Part shown: piece by piece, positions 25,163 through 40,361 of the stretch | How the letters are laid out: each line of letters begins with the position of its first letter | How positions within the stretch are numbered: the first letter of the stretch is position 1 | Source: Tubulanus polymorphus | Taxonomy: Eukaryota; Animalia; Nemertea | Assembly: GCF_964204645.1 (NCBI RefSeq) | Contig: NC_134034.1 | Location: forward strand, 9,002,962-9,066,961 | DNA length: 64,000 bases | Direction: 5' to 3' | Made by a program: the position numbers and the translations under genes | Notes under the pieces: generated by a model | What the model was told of the DNA's origin: nothing | Database searches by the model: none | What the model saw: the letters and a program-made list of their open reading frames with translations, nothing else

Positions 25163-26069
25163 CTAAAGGTACAGAAAGGACTCATCCCGTCGTTGAGTAG
25201 GAACCCGCGAGCTCCTCCGTTGGGAAGTAGGAGTGTCAGTTACAGTCAGCTCGGTTGCGTCGTGATTTAAACCCAGGTATTGGGTTCCCAGATAAGGCTT
25301 TAGTCGGACGTAATGTACTATTTTGGGGGCGTTGGTCGGCATATCTTGTATTTCGTAGACTGTTTCAGAGCGCTTCTGTAAGACGGTGTATGGTCCTATC
25401 CAATTCAACTGAAACTTCCGGTTGGGATTTCCGCTCGTGATTTTCGGTTGGTACAGCCACACAAGGTCCCGGGCCTCATATGGTTTCCCATAACGTCGTT
25501 GGTCATGGAGATTCTTCTGACGAAGAGTATTCTTTGCTAACGCTTTCCGGGCATCGCGGTGGGCTGTCTCCATCCGTTTCCGAAGCTGGCTGACGTACTC
25601 AGTGGTCGACGGGAACTTGTCTTTAGGCGGAAGGCCAACTATGAGGTCTACAGGGAGATCTACCTCCCGCAGCAACATCAGATAGTTCGGAGAGGCTTCA
25701 GTCGTATTATGTCTAGCCGCACAATAAGCCATCGCAGCGAACGGCAACTGTAAATCCCAGTCGAAGGGGTCATCGGCAGACATCAGGGACAGCATCGATA
25801 TCAGACTGCGGTTAAAACGCTCAACCATACCGTCACTCTGGGGCCTGTATGGAGTAGTGCGGGTTTGTTTAATACCGAGGAGGATGCAGACTTCTTTGAA
25901 TAATTTGGATTGAAAATTCGAACCCTGATCAGTATGGAGCTCACGAGGTACGCCAAAACGGCTGAAAAATTCTGTCACTAGTTTGTTGGCTACCGTCTCG
26001 GCCTCCATATTGGGAATAGCGTAACATTCAACCCATTTAGTAAAATAGTCCATAGCAACGACGACATAG
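25163..26069 (-). pseudogene. pol: Gypsy integrase core and C-terminus (3' part of split pol)
   Basis: YVVVAMDYFTKW, HTDQGSNF, PQSDGMVERFN, WIGPY (GPY/F); joins ...GPLQETTAGN at 41520. Confidence 0.93.
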
Positions 26070-27455
26070 CACGACCGTAGAGCTAATACTAACTATAAAT
26101 GACCTTGACCGACGTTTAATTGAATTGAATCGGTGACAGCAAGCCGATACATAGGTTCCGAGAAATAACAATGGCCGCCTTTTCGCTAGCGACACGACCG
26201 CGGATTATTGCCGTTTCACGCGTATTTTAGATGTCTGTATCAGTTTAAACACGGACTATCGCAACATATTTATACCTCAATCGGTTCATATTTGAGCTTG
26301 AGACAATTCTTGAGAAGATGCAGTTTGTTAGTTACTTGATATTGACGTTTACTTTTACTTCCGGGTTTATTGAATCGATGATGAATGCGATGTTTCAACG
26401 AAGAAAAAAGCTTAAGAGAGTTCTCCCTTAACTGCAGAGAGTAATTAAGTCTATTTAGGAAATGTGTGCTGCCAAATAAGCGTGTAAGTATTTATAGGAT
26501 CTTTTGTAAGGCAAATTACAGGCTGATTAGGTCTCCTGGTCCAGTGTACCTGGTAGGCCTTTTTGTCCTTCCTTTTTATTTGATGAACACTAAGCTAATA
26601 GTAGGCCTAAAGACCCACTGATTGCCGTATATATGGCAGTGAGGTTAAGTATGGGAGGCTTAGTTTCTTTCATCTTTTGATTTCAGTGATTGGAAATCAA
26701 AAAGTTTCTCACAACGTACTCAAAACTTAGCCTTGGCTACCGAAAATGAAATGAACCCTAAACTAATATGGCGATTGAACCCAGGAATATTTTAGAATAA
26801 AGTAAGTAGTTTTGAACCACTTCCATGTTTGTTTCTGGTGGCTAGTTGATTTGTTCGATTTGGGTCTACTATTCATTTGGAAAACTGGGTCGACTCGGGT
26901 CCATGGGAAACATTTAATGTTGATTCGAGGCTGTAGTCTGTGCTGTTTGGTTTCCAAGTTTCCAAGTCAATTCACGCAGCTAACCCATTCTGGCAGAACC
27001 AACATGATACTTACGATTGTGCACATGAAAATGATTGTCAGTATTTTTGTTCCAAATATATTAATTTATTTGTTATTCCATTTATCACTGCACAACATTA
27101 ATCAATAAGCTATCATTAGCTAACCAGACAAAATCTCATAATCTACTTGTATTAGAATTCCAAATTTTCAATTTAATATTTTACAGTAATTGATATTTTT
27201 TATGCAGAGAAGACAATTGTATATATATCGTGAATCTTGAAACCGACAACTGTTCGTGTGAAGTAAAAAGGTGAGTAAATAAAATCTCATAATTTTTTTC
27301 TCTCAATTATATTAAGAGCAAACAAGAAATACTCTGCCTTATTTCACCGACCTGTGTGATTTTAACGAATAAAAGTGAAATATAAGATATATACATGCGT
27401 GCGGTATACGTTTACAATAATTTTCCGTTTTCTTTTCAGGTAACGGTACATACAT

Positions 27456-29942
27456 TCAAACAAGCCTTTTACACTTTTTACACTGTCGAGTGTTATCTTG
27501 ACTGATGTAAAAGCCACCACACTCGCATTTTCGTTTCGTTCTTCGGATTTTGGTGGTTTTGTCGCGTAAAGACCTTGATTGATGAATAGATATTTAGTTC
27601 GCAGAACTTGATCACGGACTGTACAGTAGATTCTGTTGTCTCTGTTCACGCTTGCGTGTTTACCTTCAAGTCCTTGCTCACCGAAGAGCCCCAGAGAACC
27701 CCACATATCAACAAAATCAGGAGCGTGGTAAATAAGTATATGGAGTTTTGGCGTGATAGTGAAACTAGGAAATGCGTCGGTGTAAAATCGTCCGAAATCA
27801 TGACACAGTTTACGGAATAAGGACTTTTCATCTGCTGTGAGAAATCTACATGCCGTGTATAGTGCATATAAGTTACTAAGTCTCTCGAATAGCTCGAGAA
27901 ATTTCGTGTAATCATCATCAGCATGACCTGAGAGAACACTACATAGTTTCTGTGGATTGTTGGATTTGTCATCATTTTTGAGCATTTTATTTATATGGTT
28001 TCCAACAATGCAACCACCATAGTACGCTTGCCGATCAATACCTATTTCGGCAAGAATTTCATTTAGCCGTTTTGTAACCGGCCCCATTGATGAATTAACA
28101 ACTTTGAATATTTCCTGTAATTGGTTTTGAGCTTCAGACAATCTCGATTTTAGATCAGCTAACTCAGATTTCTTTTCCGATATTGCTTGAATTTTCAGCT
28201 TGACAATACTATCCGCTGACATAGTTTTCCCCGTACAACATTCCATACATTTGAAATTAGCTGTAGGTCCAAATATACATTGCTTGTGATAGGGAGAATC
28301 GCAATCAATGCACTCAACAAAATCATTTTGTTTGGCATTCGAAATGTTTCTAATCAAACAAATCTTTGCTGAACAACTAATAACACAACGACCTTTTTTT
28401 GGATTGTTTTAGAAGGTCAACAGTTTGATTAAGAGTGACAATCATTTCCTTGTACTGATTTAATTCCTCCTGCACTGCGCATACATCTAGGGATTTTTCT
28501 TTCCAGTTTCTGTACAAATCGATATCCCGATCTTTTAATCCTTCATTGTCGACTTCCTGACATTTCTGCTCCAACATCTCAAAGAATAATAGACCTAACC
28601 CCAAAGATATGTGCAGTGGAGGAGGAACTAAATGGTCCAAATCGTCAATCCTCACTAGCATTTCATTGCAAATGCTTTTTGTGTTTTGCCCTGGTTGCTG
28701 CTTTTCAGCATTAACATTATAATCGGCTACAGTTCTACACTGCACTACTATATGATCAGGTGTGTGTGGTTTACCATCACGTTTTCTCAGCTGTTCCAAT
28801 CTAATTTCACACCAAAGGCATGGATAAGAAGCCGATGAACCCTGGTGGCCCATACATGTACACAGAAAAGCCGATCAGAAAAAATCTTATAGCCAAAGTT
28901 CCTCTACTACATTCGACATATCTAATTTGTGGCAGTTGATCAAAGATTTTGCCAAATATGATCTTCATATTGCTGTAAGTATCGACAGCTTCGAAATATG
29001 AAATCAACTCGGTGTGATCGGTACTGTTTACTAGTGTACTATTTAGTACAGACAGTACTAGCTTCGAAGAGCCACCACCTTTATCGGCTCCGATCATTAC
29101 CCAAATTTCATCATGAAAATGCTCATCCGTCACAAATTTTCCGGTGACTATCAAATTGTTAACAACGTATTCAAGATGTGATTTTAAATTCACTATGTAT
29201 ACATAGGGGACAAGTTTTTCTTCTAGAGTTCGAGCATTGATCACTAAATTCATTTCGCCAGTGAATATATTCTGATCGATGTGATCACTGCGTTTTTTTA
29301 GTTCTGCTCGAATCTTATCTGATGAGGGAAACACCTTTACATTTTGACTTTTCAAGTTACGGTCTAATTCTAGCATTTTGGTCATTGTAAGACGCTAATT
29401 CAGTTTCAAGTCAACTGACTGTTCAGGAGTGAGCTTAGTTCCTTTCATTTCTGGAAATTCATTGATTACAAGATTTTTTAGATTTTCATCTTTTTTCAAC
29501 ATATGTGCAACTAATTTAGCAGCCTCAGTGATACTTTGGTCTTTGGATGAAATAAATTGTAGTATTGATTTTGCTTTGGAAGCTCTCTTCTCAACAGTCC
29601 GTCGACTTGACTCTGAAATGGATGTGTTTGGTTTTTCAAGTTTGCAAAAATGATGTTCATTTGTTCGAGAACCTGATGGAATAATAGCTTTGAATATATG
29701 ATCTAGAGAACCTTCCGATACAGTAAAAACATTATTATCCGTCATTAATTTTTCCAAGCGACTATTAATGATTTTTAAATTGCCATTTTCCTTTTCGACA
29801 TTTTTCAGCTGTTCTTTTAATAAATTCAGTTGTTCCAGATAATCTTCAGATATGTCTGTCTGTGTCGTTTGTTCATGTACTGGTGTTGTGGCATCTTCAC
29901 TCGCAAGAAGGTTTTCTGTGTCGTGTAGTTTATTGCCTTGTC
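27456..29942 (-). pseudogene. Chapaev-type (RAG1/Transib-related) DDE transposase with inserted PHD finger; stops and frameshifts
   Basis: GADKGG, PCLWC, PPLHISLG, QAYYGG..GNH, ITPKLH....H, GEQGLEGKH parallel RAG1-core motifs; candidate splice acceptor at 29943; C-terminal CxC..CxxC in shifted frame. Confidence 0.8.
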
Positions 29943-30596
29943 CTAATGAAATTCAGAATATTTTCATTGCCTGTATTCATTTGTAGAGATTCATTTTTAT
30001 TGTAATGAAATGACGGTCTGACAAGCATCGATGAAATTAAGTTAACGAGTAAAATAAAGTTTTTAAACTATGCCTAATTACTATGATTCATCGAATTCAT
30101 ACTGTTTCATTTGACTCTGAAGAAATTTGTGATCCCAATTTGTTTAAAGTTATTAGGCACAAATCCAAATGCAACTTCCAAAAATTTACTGCAAATTAAC
30201 AACAATTTTCAGCTGAAGTCGAAGAACGTTTGACTTATGTACCACAAGTTAATAACAATTGATCTTGGAGTAACGATTTGACCATTAAATGATTGCTCCA
30301 AGTATAGATGAAATGTCAATTGCAAAGAAATGGAGTATACGATACCTTCTGGATACGGGAATTGAACGAAAATGAGACAGAACATAGAATCCTCTAACAA
30401 TAATTACAAGAACAAATTAGTAACTTTTGAATAAATTTAATTGTACTAAACATCACAATATTTGTATCAATAACTTACTAGATAAAACCATTTGAACAAT
30501 TTTTTTTAATTTTTTCTCGAACTGCTTCCCTGGAAATATTTTTTTCTTTTGCTGGAACCAGACTTTGAGGAAAGACTTTTATCACTATCCATCGTC

Positions 30597-31318
30597 TTAC
30601 AAAAAAACGCTGCCGAAAAACCTGTTTTAAAAAGTAAACAAACAATTATTAGACTTTTTTACTATCAAATGTATGACTAATTCACGAGACTTGAAATACT
30701 GACCAGATTCCGACCCGAGATTTGAAATAGTTGGTCCAACTAACTCGGGGTTCGAGACTCCGTACAAATGTAGGTCGCCTTAATTACAAAAAACGCTGCT
30801 GAAAAACCTGTTTTAAAAAGTAAACAAACAATTATTAGACTTTTTTACTATCAAATGTATGACTAATTCACGAGACTTGAAATACTGACCAGATTCTGAC
30901 CCGAGATTCGAAATAGTTGGTCCAACTAACTCGGGGTTCGAGACTCCGTACAAAATGTAGGTCGCCTTAATTACAAAAAACGCTGCCGAAAAACCTGTTT
31001 TAAAAAGTAAAAGAATTATTAGGCTTTTTTACTATCAAATGTATGACTAATTCACGAGACTTGAAATACTGACCAGATTCCGACCCAAGATTTGAAATAG
31101 TTGGTCCAACTAACTCGGGGTTCGAGACTCCGTACAAATGTAGGTCGCCTTAATTACAAAAAACGCTGCTGAAAAACTTGTTTTAAAAAGTAAACAAACA
31201 ATTATTAGACTTTTTTACTATCAAATGTATGACTAATTCACGAGACTTGAAATACTGACCAGATTCCGACCCGAGATTTGAAATAGTTGGTCCAACTAAC
31301 TCGGGGTTCGAGACTCCA
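30597..31318. repeat. Tandem repeat, ~186-bp unit, ~3.9 copies
   Basis: TTACAAAAAACGCTGC... recurs at ~30597, 30784, 30971, 31154. Confidence 0.9.
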
Positions 31319-31665
31319 TCCGAATCTACATAAAATCCTGCCGCCAAACCTATTTTAGGATGTAAACGAAACAATTATATAACTGGCCTAACTAACTTGA
31401 TAATTTCTCAACTTCCAACATCAATCATTTTGTTTTTTTTTTCACTATCCTTATAGGGCTAGGCCTGTCAGGCTAGACCTGACTTCAGCCCCTGGGCTTC
31501 ATTCAGGTCTTAACTTTAACGATATTAAGAGACCAGACTTATTTTTTGGATGTGCAAGAGTGACTAGTTCTTGTTCGAAGGAGGGGCAAGGCCTGGGCAG
31601 CTAGCGCTACGTAGGTTGTAGGCGCTGAAAAACGCCAAACTTAAAAAAGTCCTTAAAACGCAAAA

Positions 31666-32268
31666 AACGCAGTCTCAAATGTTTTGTGACTTTCTCAAAA
31701 TGTATCAAAAATTTAACTAATTTTTAGTTCATAAGTCCTCAAATATTCATAAATGAACAGTTAAAAATTGTTGAAACATGTCGACTCTGCCGTAAAATCA
31801 ACCTATTAACAGTCCGGAATTTGGGATAATATTGGGCTTTAGAGAACATAATGCCCCCGAGGTCTTCACATTTACAGAAAATATTACGTAAGTGATTCAC
31901 GCGCAGCGCGCGATAGGAGCACAATAGAAATCTGAGCCGCGCGTTCTTTGAGTGTCACCAATTAAGAGGACCGCTATTGTGAAAATTGACTGTGGGAGGA
32001 ATATTCCTCCCAATGTCAATCGATGGAAACTTGACCATGGGGTCCGATATTTTAACAATTGACTTTGGGAGGAATATTCCTCCCAAGGTCAAACGAAGAG
32101 AATTTGACCTTCAGGTCTGATATTCAAAGTATCGACTTCGGGAGGAATGTTCCTCCGAATGTCGAACGAAGGAAACTGGACCTGGTCTGTTATTCGAAAT
32201 ATAGACTTTGGGATGAATGTTCTTCCAAACCACTAAACGCTTAAACCTGAGCTTTTAGAATGATAGGT
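31666..32268. repeat. Transposon-end-like repeat, inverted copy of 40362-41056
   Basis: High-identity reverse-complement match; repeated palindrome GGGAGGAATATTCCTCCC. Confidence 0.85.
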
Positions 32269-33000
32269 ATATATATATTAATTATATTGGTGTAATAATT
32301 GTTTTAATAAGTAGTATACTATAGCGACGACATCAGACATATTTAGGCAATTTGAGTGATAATGTACACGGTATTTGAGGGTCTGCGACGAATGATTTAT
32401 AGAAAGTTGAATAGCTGTAGTGCAGGTTCTAATAATAAGCCTAATATAGTCTTCACATCGCAATCAGTTGTTAGAATGCATCTTCCTTTTTCTTTACTTG
32501 ATCTTGAGTGTTTGACTATAATTAACTATAATCAATATTACTTATTTCATTATATAGCGCACTGCTGCAAATTGTAATCAGTGTGCTTTGCATGAGTATA
32601 AAATCAACACAAGCTGAAAGAATCGAAATTTAAATACGTGGATGATAAAAATCAAGTTAAAAGGTGTAGGGACGGAGAGATCTGGCGAAGAAAAAAAAAC
32701 AGTAATGGGCGCAAAATGGACCCTTGCCTAATCGCCCGACCTAAAACTACGGACCAGACCTGAGTCAAATTAAGCGTGTTGATTTAAACTGGTTCTGGAA
32801 GTCAGTCACTTCGCTTGGTTTAAGTATGGACTCGTTTTAGATTCCATGGTTTAAGCATTGTTTAGTAACGAATGAATGTGTTTGAATTTGAATGTGAAAT
32901 GAATTTGAACATGAAAATCTGCGCGCTCTTTGGTAAGCCATGCGTAAAATTTAAGTCGGACCTGATTCGAGCCAATTTAGCCCCGACAAATCGTCTCTAT

Positions 33001-33259
33001 AGCTGCGATCACACGTGTATTTTTGGCCAGGGCCAAATTTGGCCCGACCAAAAACGTCGGACCAGGCCCGAGCACCAGACAAATGACTGCGTTTGAATTA
33101 CAACTAGCACCGTAAATGATCCACTTCGCTTTGTTTGAGCATTGTTTAGTATCGAGTGAATGGTTTGCGTGTGAACGCGCTCTCTAATTACCAAATTTGG
33201 CCCGAGCCTGATCGGTGCTAATTTGGCCCGGGCCAAATCGTCTCCGTGTGATCGCGGCT
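33001..33259. mobile_element. MITE, PIF/Harbinger-like
   Basis: TIR AGCTGCGATCACACG / CGTGTGATCGCGGCT (14/15), 3-bp TSD TAT on both sides. Confidence 0.65.
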
Positions 33260-35669
33260 TATGTGGGTCATGATTGTTGGGAGTAATCTTTCCCTTTATG
33301 TTTGCAAATTAGCCATTGTCCTAGTTTTAACTTCTGATTTGTACCCTGTATAGGGTTTATATTTCTGTTTGTACTCTTTCATAGAAATACGACAGATATC
33401 AAATGGAATCTTTGATTAAAGACACTGTAGACCGGTACACACTAATATGTCCATCCATCCGACCTACGAGCGATCATGATGTGATAATTGCTCGTAAATC
33501 CGACAGCTACATTTTACAACTAGAAATATATTAGATCAGATTCCTAACAATAAAATCATTACTATTAAGAATATGTTATTGATTATGAATTAATTCAAAA
33601 TGAATTGACAAAATATATTGCTTTGAATGGCCTTTAGATATTGGATAGGGCGATTTTGAATTATTTTTGGGGAATTTTATCGAGAAGCTCAAACTCCCTA
33701 AGGCGATAAAGTGTTTAAGGCGGATCTTTCCCGATTATGATCCCACCATATGAATTGCTCACGAAACTACTATGTATAAACACCTCACAATTAACGTAAT
33801 GACTCAGTGACGTCCTGTTGCACAAGCTATATTACACCATGATAAAAAGCCTATGATAGTCGAGTAGGATTTCTCGATGTATAAATGCAGGGAGGGTTGG
33901 GAGCTTTATGTTCAATAACATTAGGTTCCAATGTTTGCTCTATGGATTTCAAAATAAAAGAAAAATCTACGTTTAAACGTGATATCTGTTGATATATCGG
34001 GGAATCTCTGCAATAAAATTGGACGATTTCAAAAATATTACAAAATGAGCAAATTGCGATTCTTAGTGATTTTTGCTAACAGTATGGATTCTAGCGTATA
34101 CGCGGATTTGTGTGTTATGTAATAAGTATCGTAGCGAATAATCAAAGTATCTACTGTAGCTAGATATGACAATTAAATATCCCCCAGAATATCTCCTTCA
34201 AAATACCTTGATCCGTTCAAAAAAGATCACCTGGTAAAGATTTCCTATGTAGAAATCTAAAAAATCTAAACCCTACGTAAACATGGTAAACATACCCTGG
34301 GTAAAAATCCCCCAAATATTCATACTTGGTGATTGTCAAGAACATGTCAAAGCACGATGTTTCTCGAATTTGCAATGAGACTGAAATATGTTTGAACTTT
34401 TAAATGAAATCTTTCGTTGCGATAAATTCTTACGGATAAAATAAATTGTAAGAATTAATAAGAGTAATAAACTTTTATTTGTAATATCTTAAGATTCGAA
34501 CTGGAATATTTTTGAATTTCAGCTGTGCGATGCCATGAATTATTAGAAATAACGTACTTTTGATATTAAATATTTTAGATTCAAGCTAGTGTTATATATT
34601 TGAAATGTGCGATGAACCCCTTCACTAAGCTGTGCAATAACTACATGTATATGTACTAATTTAGTATCAATGAAGGGTTAATTTGTAGTATGTTTTAATT
34701 TAAATAGCATAGTTTGTATGGGCATATTGATATCCTTACGGTGTTCGACAGTAAAATATGAATAAATTGGATATACGTATCAATAATACGAATTAATTGA
34801 CCTTAAGATTGTATCTACTTATAATCCCTTCAAAGGGAGGGGATTACCTAATTTGAAGAATTGGGGATTTTTACCGAGGGGATTTTTACTCGCTTACTTA
34901 GATGTTTTGAATTATTGACTTAGTTGTTTTATTAAGTTTAAGTTAATCACTAGTAAGTTTATTCATTGACCACTTGCATGATAGTTCTCGATATATTCAC
35001 TATATGCAATGAAATGAAATGTAAGTTCATCACATTTCTGAATTCATTAATACCGATTTTAACTGTTTTAAGCCCCATGAAAAATATGTGATGTCATTAT
35101 ATTGAAAGCTTAATGTTTTATTAACATTGGCAGTAGTTCTCATAAATTTTCCTTGGCCTTTTTTTCCGTGGCCATTTTAACCTTGGCCATTTTTTCCTGG
35201 ACAAATTACCTTGGCCATTTTTTCCTTGGCCATTCTTTCCTGGCCATTTTTCCTTGGCCATTTTTCCAACATTCTGGGTTTTTTTTACAACTAACCCTTA
35301 GCAATCCACTGTAATGAACAATTTACTTTGTTTTGCTAAATTAACTACTTGTAATCAATTCACTATAGAACTGTGGTCGATCCTAACAAAGAGTCCGGCG
35401 TGCTATTCTAAACTTCAGTGGACAAAAATCTCTTTCTAAAAATTATATTGCTAAGATATTCTTAGTCTTCATCCTTCAGCATGAACTCTAGGCCTGGATA
35501 TATTTCGGATTCATTAAATGGTATCATGTGTGTGTAGAACGTTTGGGCGAAGGTATTATCCCCCTGGATCACGCGTAAAACAAACAGAAAACATATTTTC
35601 ATACATAGGTCATCGCATTATAGAAATTGAACTGATGACAAGTTGTATTAAATCTCTATAGATCAAACA

Positions 35670-38033
35670 CCGGTTCCTGAACTTCGCTGAAAAAGCTGAA
35701 ACACTGAAAAGCTGAAACGCTGAAATAAAAACGCTGAAATTTCAGGGAATTACCGAAAAACGCCGAAATTTCAGGGAATTCCCGAAAAACGCTGAAATCG
35801 TGCTAGGTACCGACAATACACGTTTTGAAATGTTTTCCGGGCCGGTGTCCGCTGACGAGTCCTGAACCGTGTTTTATGCTCTACCTTCGGTTACAGAGAC
35901 ATGCCCGAAGGTCGTCGTCATGATCGACTTGATCGATTGCGGATTGCGTGGATTGTTAGATGTGTTTTTTGCCATAGTTTTATGTGCATATACCGGTACG
36001 ATCTAACAATGAAGTTATCACTTCATTTGAATAAATTCTTAATCACAGTAATATTAATTCACAATATTTTTTCTTATGTTTGGTGATTTCTTGCAACTTA
36101 TCATTGCCAAGTCTCATACAAGTAGTAGCTGAATGAAAGTACAGTTGGGTTATCAGGCTGAACCTGATAACCCAAATTAAGTGCTAGCATGGAACTAATG
36201 ATTATTTTGATTCTATTTTCGGTGTCATTGAAATTCGTTAATAAAGGTTCAACCGTCATAGTATACTGTACTTAGCATTGCTACAATTGGGTGCCATATT
36301 TCTACAAGGAGGAAGGAATCTTTAAGTGTCTTTGTTCCCGGGTAGGGTACGGGGTAAAACCTGGTTTACTTTCTCTTTCGACTTGCCGGAGACTACTATC
36401 TGCAATGTATTGCATGCTTTGATGTGTCTGGCCTATAGGAGTCGAACGATATTTTTTTCCCATACACAGGCATGGCTTTAGTGTAGATGAAGGCTAGGCA
36501 CTGCACATTGTGGATTGACTGGAACTCTTAACTCACAAAATTAAACGAGTCAACAAGAAAGATCCAATAATTGGACATTTGTCTAACTATATTATTTAAC
36601 AGCTTGAAATAATACATAACACATTCTGCAAGAGTATACAAAGGAAATCAGTTCTTACATTATATCAGAATCAATAGTTCGCTTAACTAGAATTCTGGTT
36701 CCATTGCTTCATATTCTAATGAAATCCACTAGTATACCTTAGAATATCGCTTAGCTTAAGACTAAAAAATTGGTACCAGGAAACAGGGAAGAAAAGTGGG
36801 TGTACTGTACATCCGCAATTGACTTATTTCTCTCTGGTTGAATCAAGTTATAATTGAAATAGCATTCGAATAGCCATTTTATTTTTAAAAATTGTGTCAT
36901 TCAGCTATCCTGCTGCAAATTTCGCAGTTGAAGTTTACTGGTGCCATCTGATTTCTCAGTATCTCAAAAAATTTGCACATTCTAAGCCTGAATCTAAAAA
37001 TAGAAAAAGGTGCATTTTAGTCGGATATAAAAGAATAGTGGCTAATACACCCTGGACTATATAGCCTATGGGGTGGGCCTAGTTTGAAAGCACTGAGGTC
37101 CGAGAGAACAGCACTTAGTAAATAAATACTGAAATTAAACTTACAAAACACCCAGTACTTGAGATGATGTACTTGACAAGAAGTGTCACAAGCTAAGCAA
37201 ATCAACTTTGTCTATGACTCCTCCTTTTATAGATTCAGTAGTAGTCTAAAAATAAGAATCGGTACATTTTTCTAACGGTTGGTATGTCATTTCTTCAAAA
37301 AAACTAATTATTATCACGCCACAGCAAATAAATTATTCACAGTTGTTGAATGGTTAGCCCGATTTAGATTAATTGGTTGACGCTAATCAGTATGACCCAT
37401 ACGTAGGGGCCTACTGCATGCCATTGGCGTCGATCCATTCCATTCCATTCCACAGTGAATTAAAAAGAAATTTAGTTAGATCCCTTTTGTCCAAAAGCTG
37501 CATCATTTATATAACTAGCTGTCAAATTTAATTTACCTCCTTCAGAGAATACCATAGTGACATAGTCCGTCGCCCATCAACGTGTTGACAAAAGAAAAGT
37601 TGCTCCATGTTTTATACATGAACGTTCAAATAAGATATTTTGCGTCTTGCAGGGAATATTGAGCATAGTGTTTAAGTTGGCTTGCACGGATTGTGAATGG
37701 GTTTTCCTCATTATGCTGCCTGTATGCATTAAAAATCCGGATTTCAAGCGAATTAATTTGTCCAACAAGTGGCCCTCTAAAAGTATACTCCACACATACT
37801 GTCCATGCGTGTCTCTGTAACCGAAGGTAGAGACTAAAACACGGTTCAGGACTCGGCAGCGGACACCGGCCCGGAAAATATTTCAAAACGTGTATTGTTG
37901 GTACCTAGCACGATTTCAGCGTTTTTCGGGAATTCCCTGAAATTTCGGCGTTTTTCGGAAATTCCCTGTAATTTCAGCGTTTTCATTTCAGCGTTTCAGT
38001 GATTCAGCTTTTTCAGCGAAGTTCAGGAACCGG
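35670..38033. mobile_element. Non-autonomous DNA transposon with ~235-bp TIRs and 8-bp TSD
   Basis: CCGGTTCCTGAACTTCG...CGAAGTTCAGGAACCGG; TSD ATCAAACA at 35662-35669 and 38034-38041; subterminal CGCTGAAA repeats; no transposase ORF. Confidence 0.9.
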
Positions 38034-40361
38034 ATCAAACACTGTTAAGGAAAATGCATTATGTGTGTTGTTTCTATATAACTACTATCGACTGTGCGCC
38101 TCGGGCTCAGTCAACTCGCCATCTTCATGATTGAAATATTTGATTAGGCAGTCCTATCAAAAGTGGCGTAAATTCATACAAGCGAATAATTTGTTGTTTC
38201 CAAAGGTTTTTGTTACCGGCTCGTCTACACGGTAATGGTCGAAATTCCCCGGTAAAAATCCCCTAAGAATACCAATTAAAGAGCATTATGATTTGCTGCC
38301 GCTGGTATGTTTTCGTTTGTATTGCAAAATTAAGTCCAAAATAACTGGAATCGTTTTAAAGGATTTCTGTGAAAATTTTCAATTTTTCCCCACACTTCAA
38401 CAAGTGCCTTTCAAATCAAGATCGATTCCTCATGCGTAAAAACGATTGAAGCAATTTTTGCAGTTTTATTTATTTATGGTTTGATACGTCAAGATTTCAG
38501 TAAAAAGGGCAACATCATCGTTTATGTTAGCGAAGCTTGGTATACAAGCAAGCTGACAATAACAAGCCACTGAATTTTATCGGTTTAGGCTTTGTATAGC
38601 TCATTATCTATAGAAAGTCAGTGATTAAGTCCTAAGTAAATATTGCTCAATTAAATAGAATTCATTATGACAATGTACAAGCGATGACAGGCCTATGAGG
38701 CACCCGTAAATCAAAAATGTATTTCACGGATTTTGCTGTGCGATGCGATAAATTATTGAAACTTTTTATTTGAAATATCTTTGAAATACTATTGAAATTT
38801 GAAATATTATTTTACCAGTGCGATAACTTTTAGTATTAGTTTAGTACTAATGAAGTATTTCAATCTTTGGATAAACGTTGGAAAAATGGCAAGGGGAAAA
38901 TTGCCGCTAAATAAACATTAGAATTTGCAAGTTTTGTAATAACTTTGAATTGTTAAATTTTACTGGACATTGGTGTATGCTGAATATCACGAACAACGAA
39001 ACATATATCTCATAAAAACGTTGATTGTCTTTTTCAACTTTCATCATTTCAATAACAATCAATCGATTTTTAAGTCGATTTAATTACCAGGATAGCGACT
39101 ATATGCGTTTGTGCTTTTAATCAACTAGTTTCCGAATCCGTGGTATGTCAATCAAATAATAATTTTTAAGTCGAGAAAAAGTAAGATGCATTCTATCAAC
39201 TAATTTCAATGTAAAGACTATAATGCTTCCTATATGAATCAATACTAAAGCATTCATACCGCAGGCCACTTAATCTTAAGCTTGATTGTGAGAGGTGTTT
39301 AAACATAATGGTCACATGGGTAATTGAATGGTTGTGTCACAAAGGGAGAAATCTGCCTTAGACATAACATCCCGATATCTGGAGTTCTGGGCTTAGTAAC
39401 GCATGTTTAGAATGAATTTTATCCAATATTTTTGTAACATAATGTTTTCTCTCTGCAAATTCCTGACGTTTTCTGGGTGCTAACGTTCAGTGGCTAGTAG
39501 GCTGGATTGTATTTTCCCTTATTTCATAGATCTCCATGCATATAAACTTGAACTGAACTGAATGGGAACTGAGTTCGGTTAGGAGTAAAAACCTCCTTAT
39601 CAACTCCTATTTCTGAATTGTATATAAAGGAGTGAAGAAAGAAACAAACCCTCATACCGAATACACTTTTACGTATAAATGAGAATAATGCTCACTAGGA
39701 CAATGGCTAATTTGCGACCGTAAATGAAAGAAATACGACTCGAATAATTTTTTTTATCATGCGTGACACGCGAATCTCCTATTAACGCTAGTAATGAGAG
39801 AAGAATCCACACGAATGAAATGTATCAGCTTCATGATGATCTTTGATCTTTAATCCTTGAATGACCATTCTTAATTAACACAAAACACTTAATATAAATT
39901 ATTTGTATCGATTACTATAGAATTTCCATTTAAAGAATGCATTTATCAAATTACGTCCATTGACTCCGAAAATGAAACTTTAAACCCGTAAATTAGCTAA
40001 ACTCGTGCCGTTAAGCTATTTAGATTTATCGCAGTCTAGTGAAAATTTGTAAGCAGTCCTAATATATTCCCTGTATAATCAAAACTTAATTTCTATGTTA
40101 TGCACGTGTTTTAATTACGATTTCCCCTCTACATGTTTATCGGGAAGGGCCTGATTACAATCTGATTACAATTGATTGTCAACAAAGTTATAGCAATTTA
40201 CTGTTAGACAAAGAAAATACAAAATCTATTTAGTTTTCTAAAATTGTATGTAGGCCTATGTCTCATACCGTCTCATTACCTCGAACACTGTGTATCGTAT
40301 CACTCGAAATTCATAAATCTACCGGCTTTATGGCTTAAAAAAAACTAATTACACCCAAAAC

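Noticed and set aside
31739-31924. 61-aa ORF repeated at 40798-40983
   Set aside because: Lies within the inverted repeat, non-ATG start, no domain signature
35851-35890. Hammerhead core CTGACGA
   Set aside because: No stem II followed by GAAA; motif not kept in the opposite TIR
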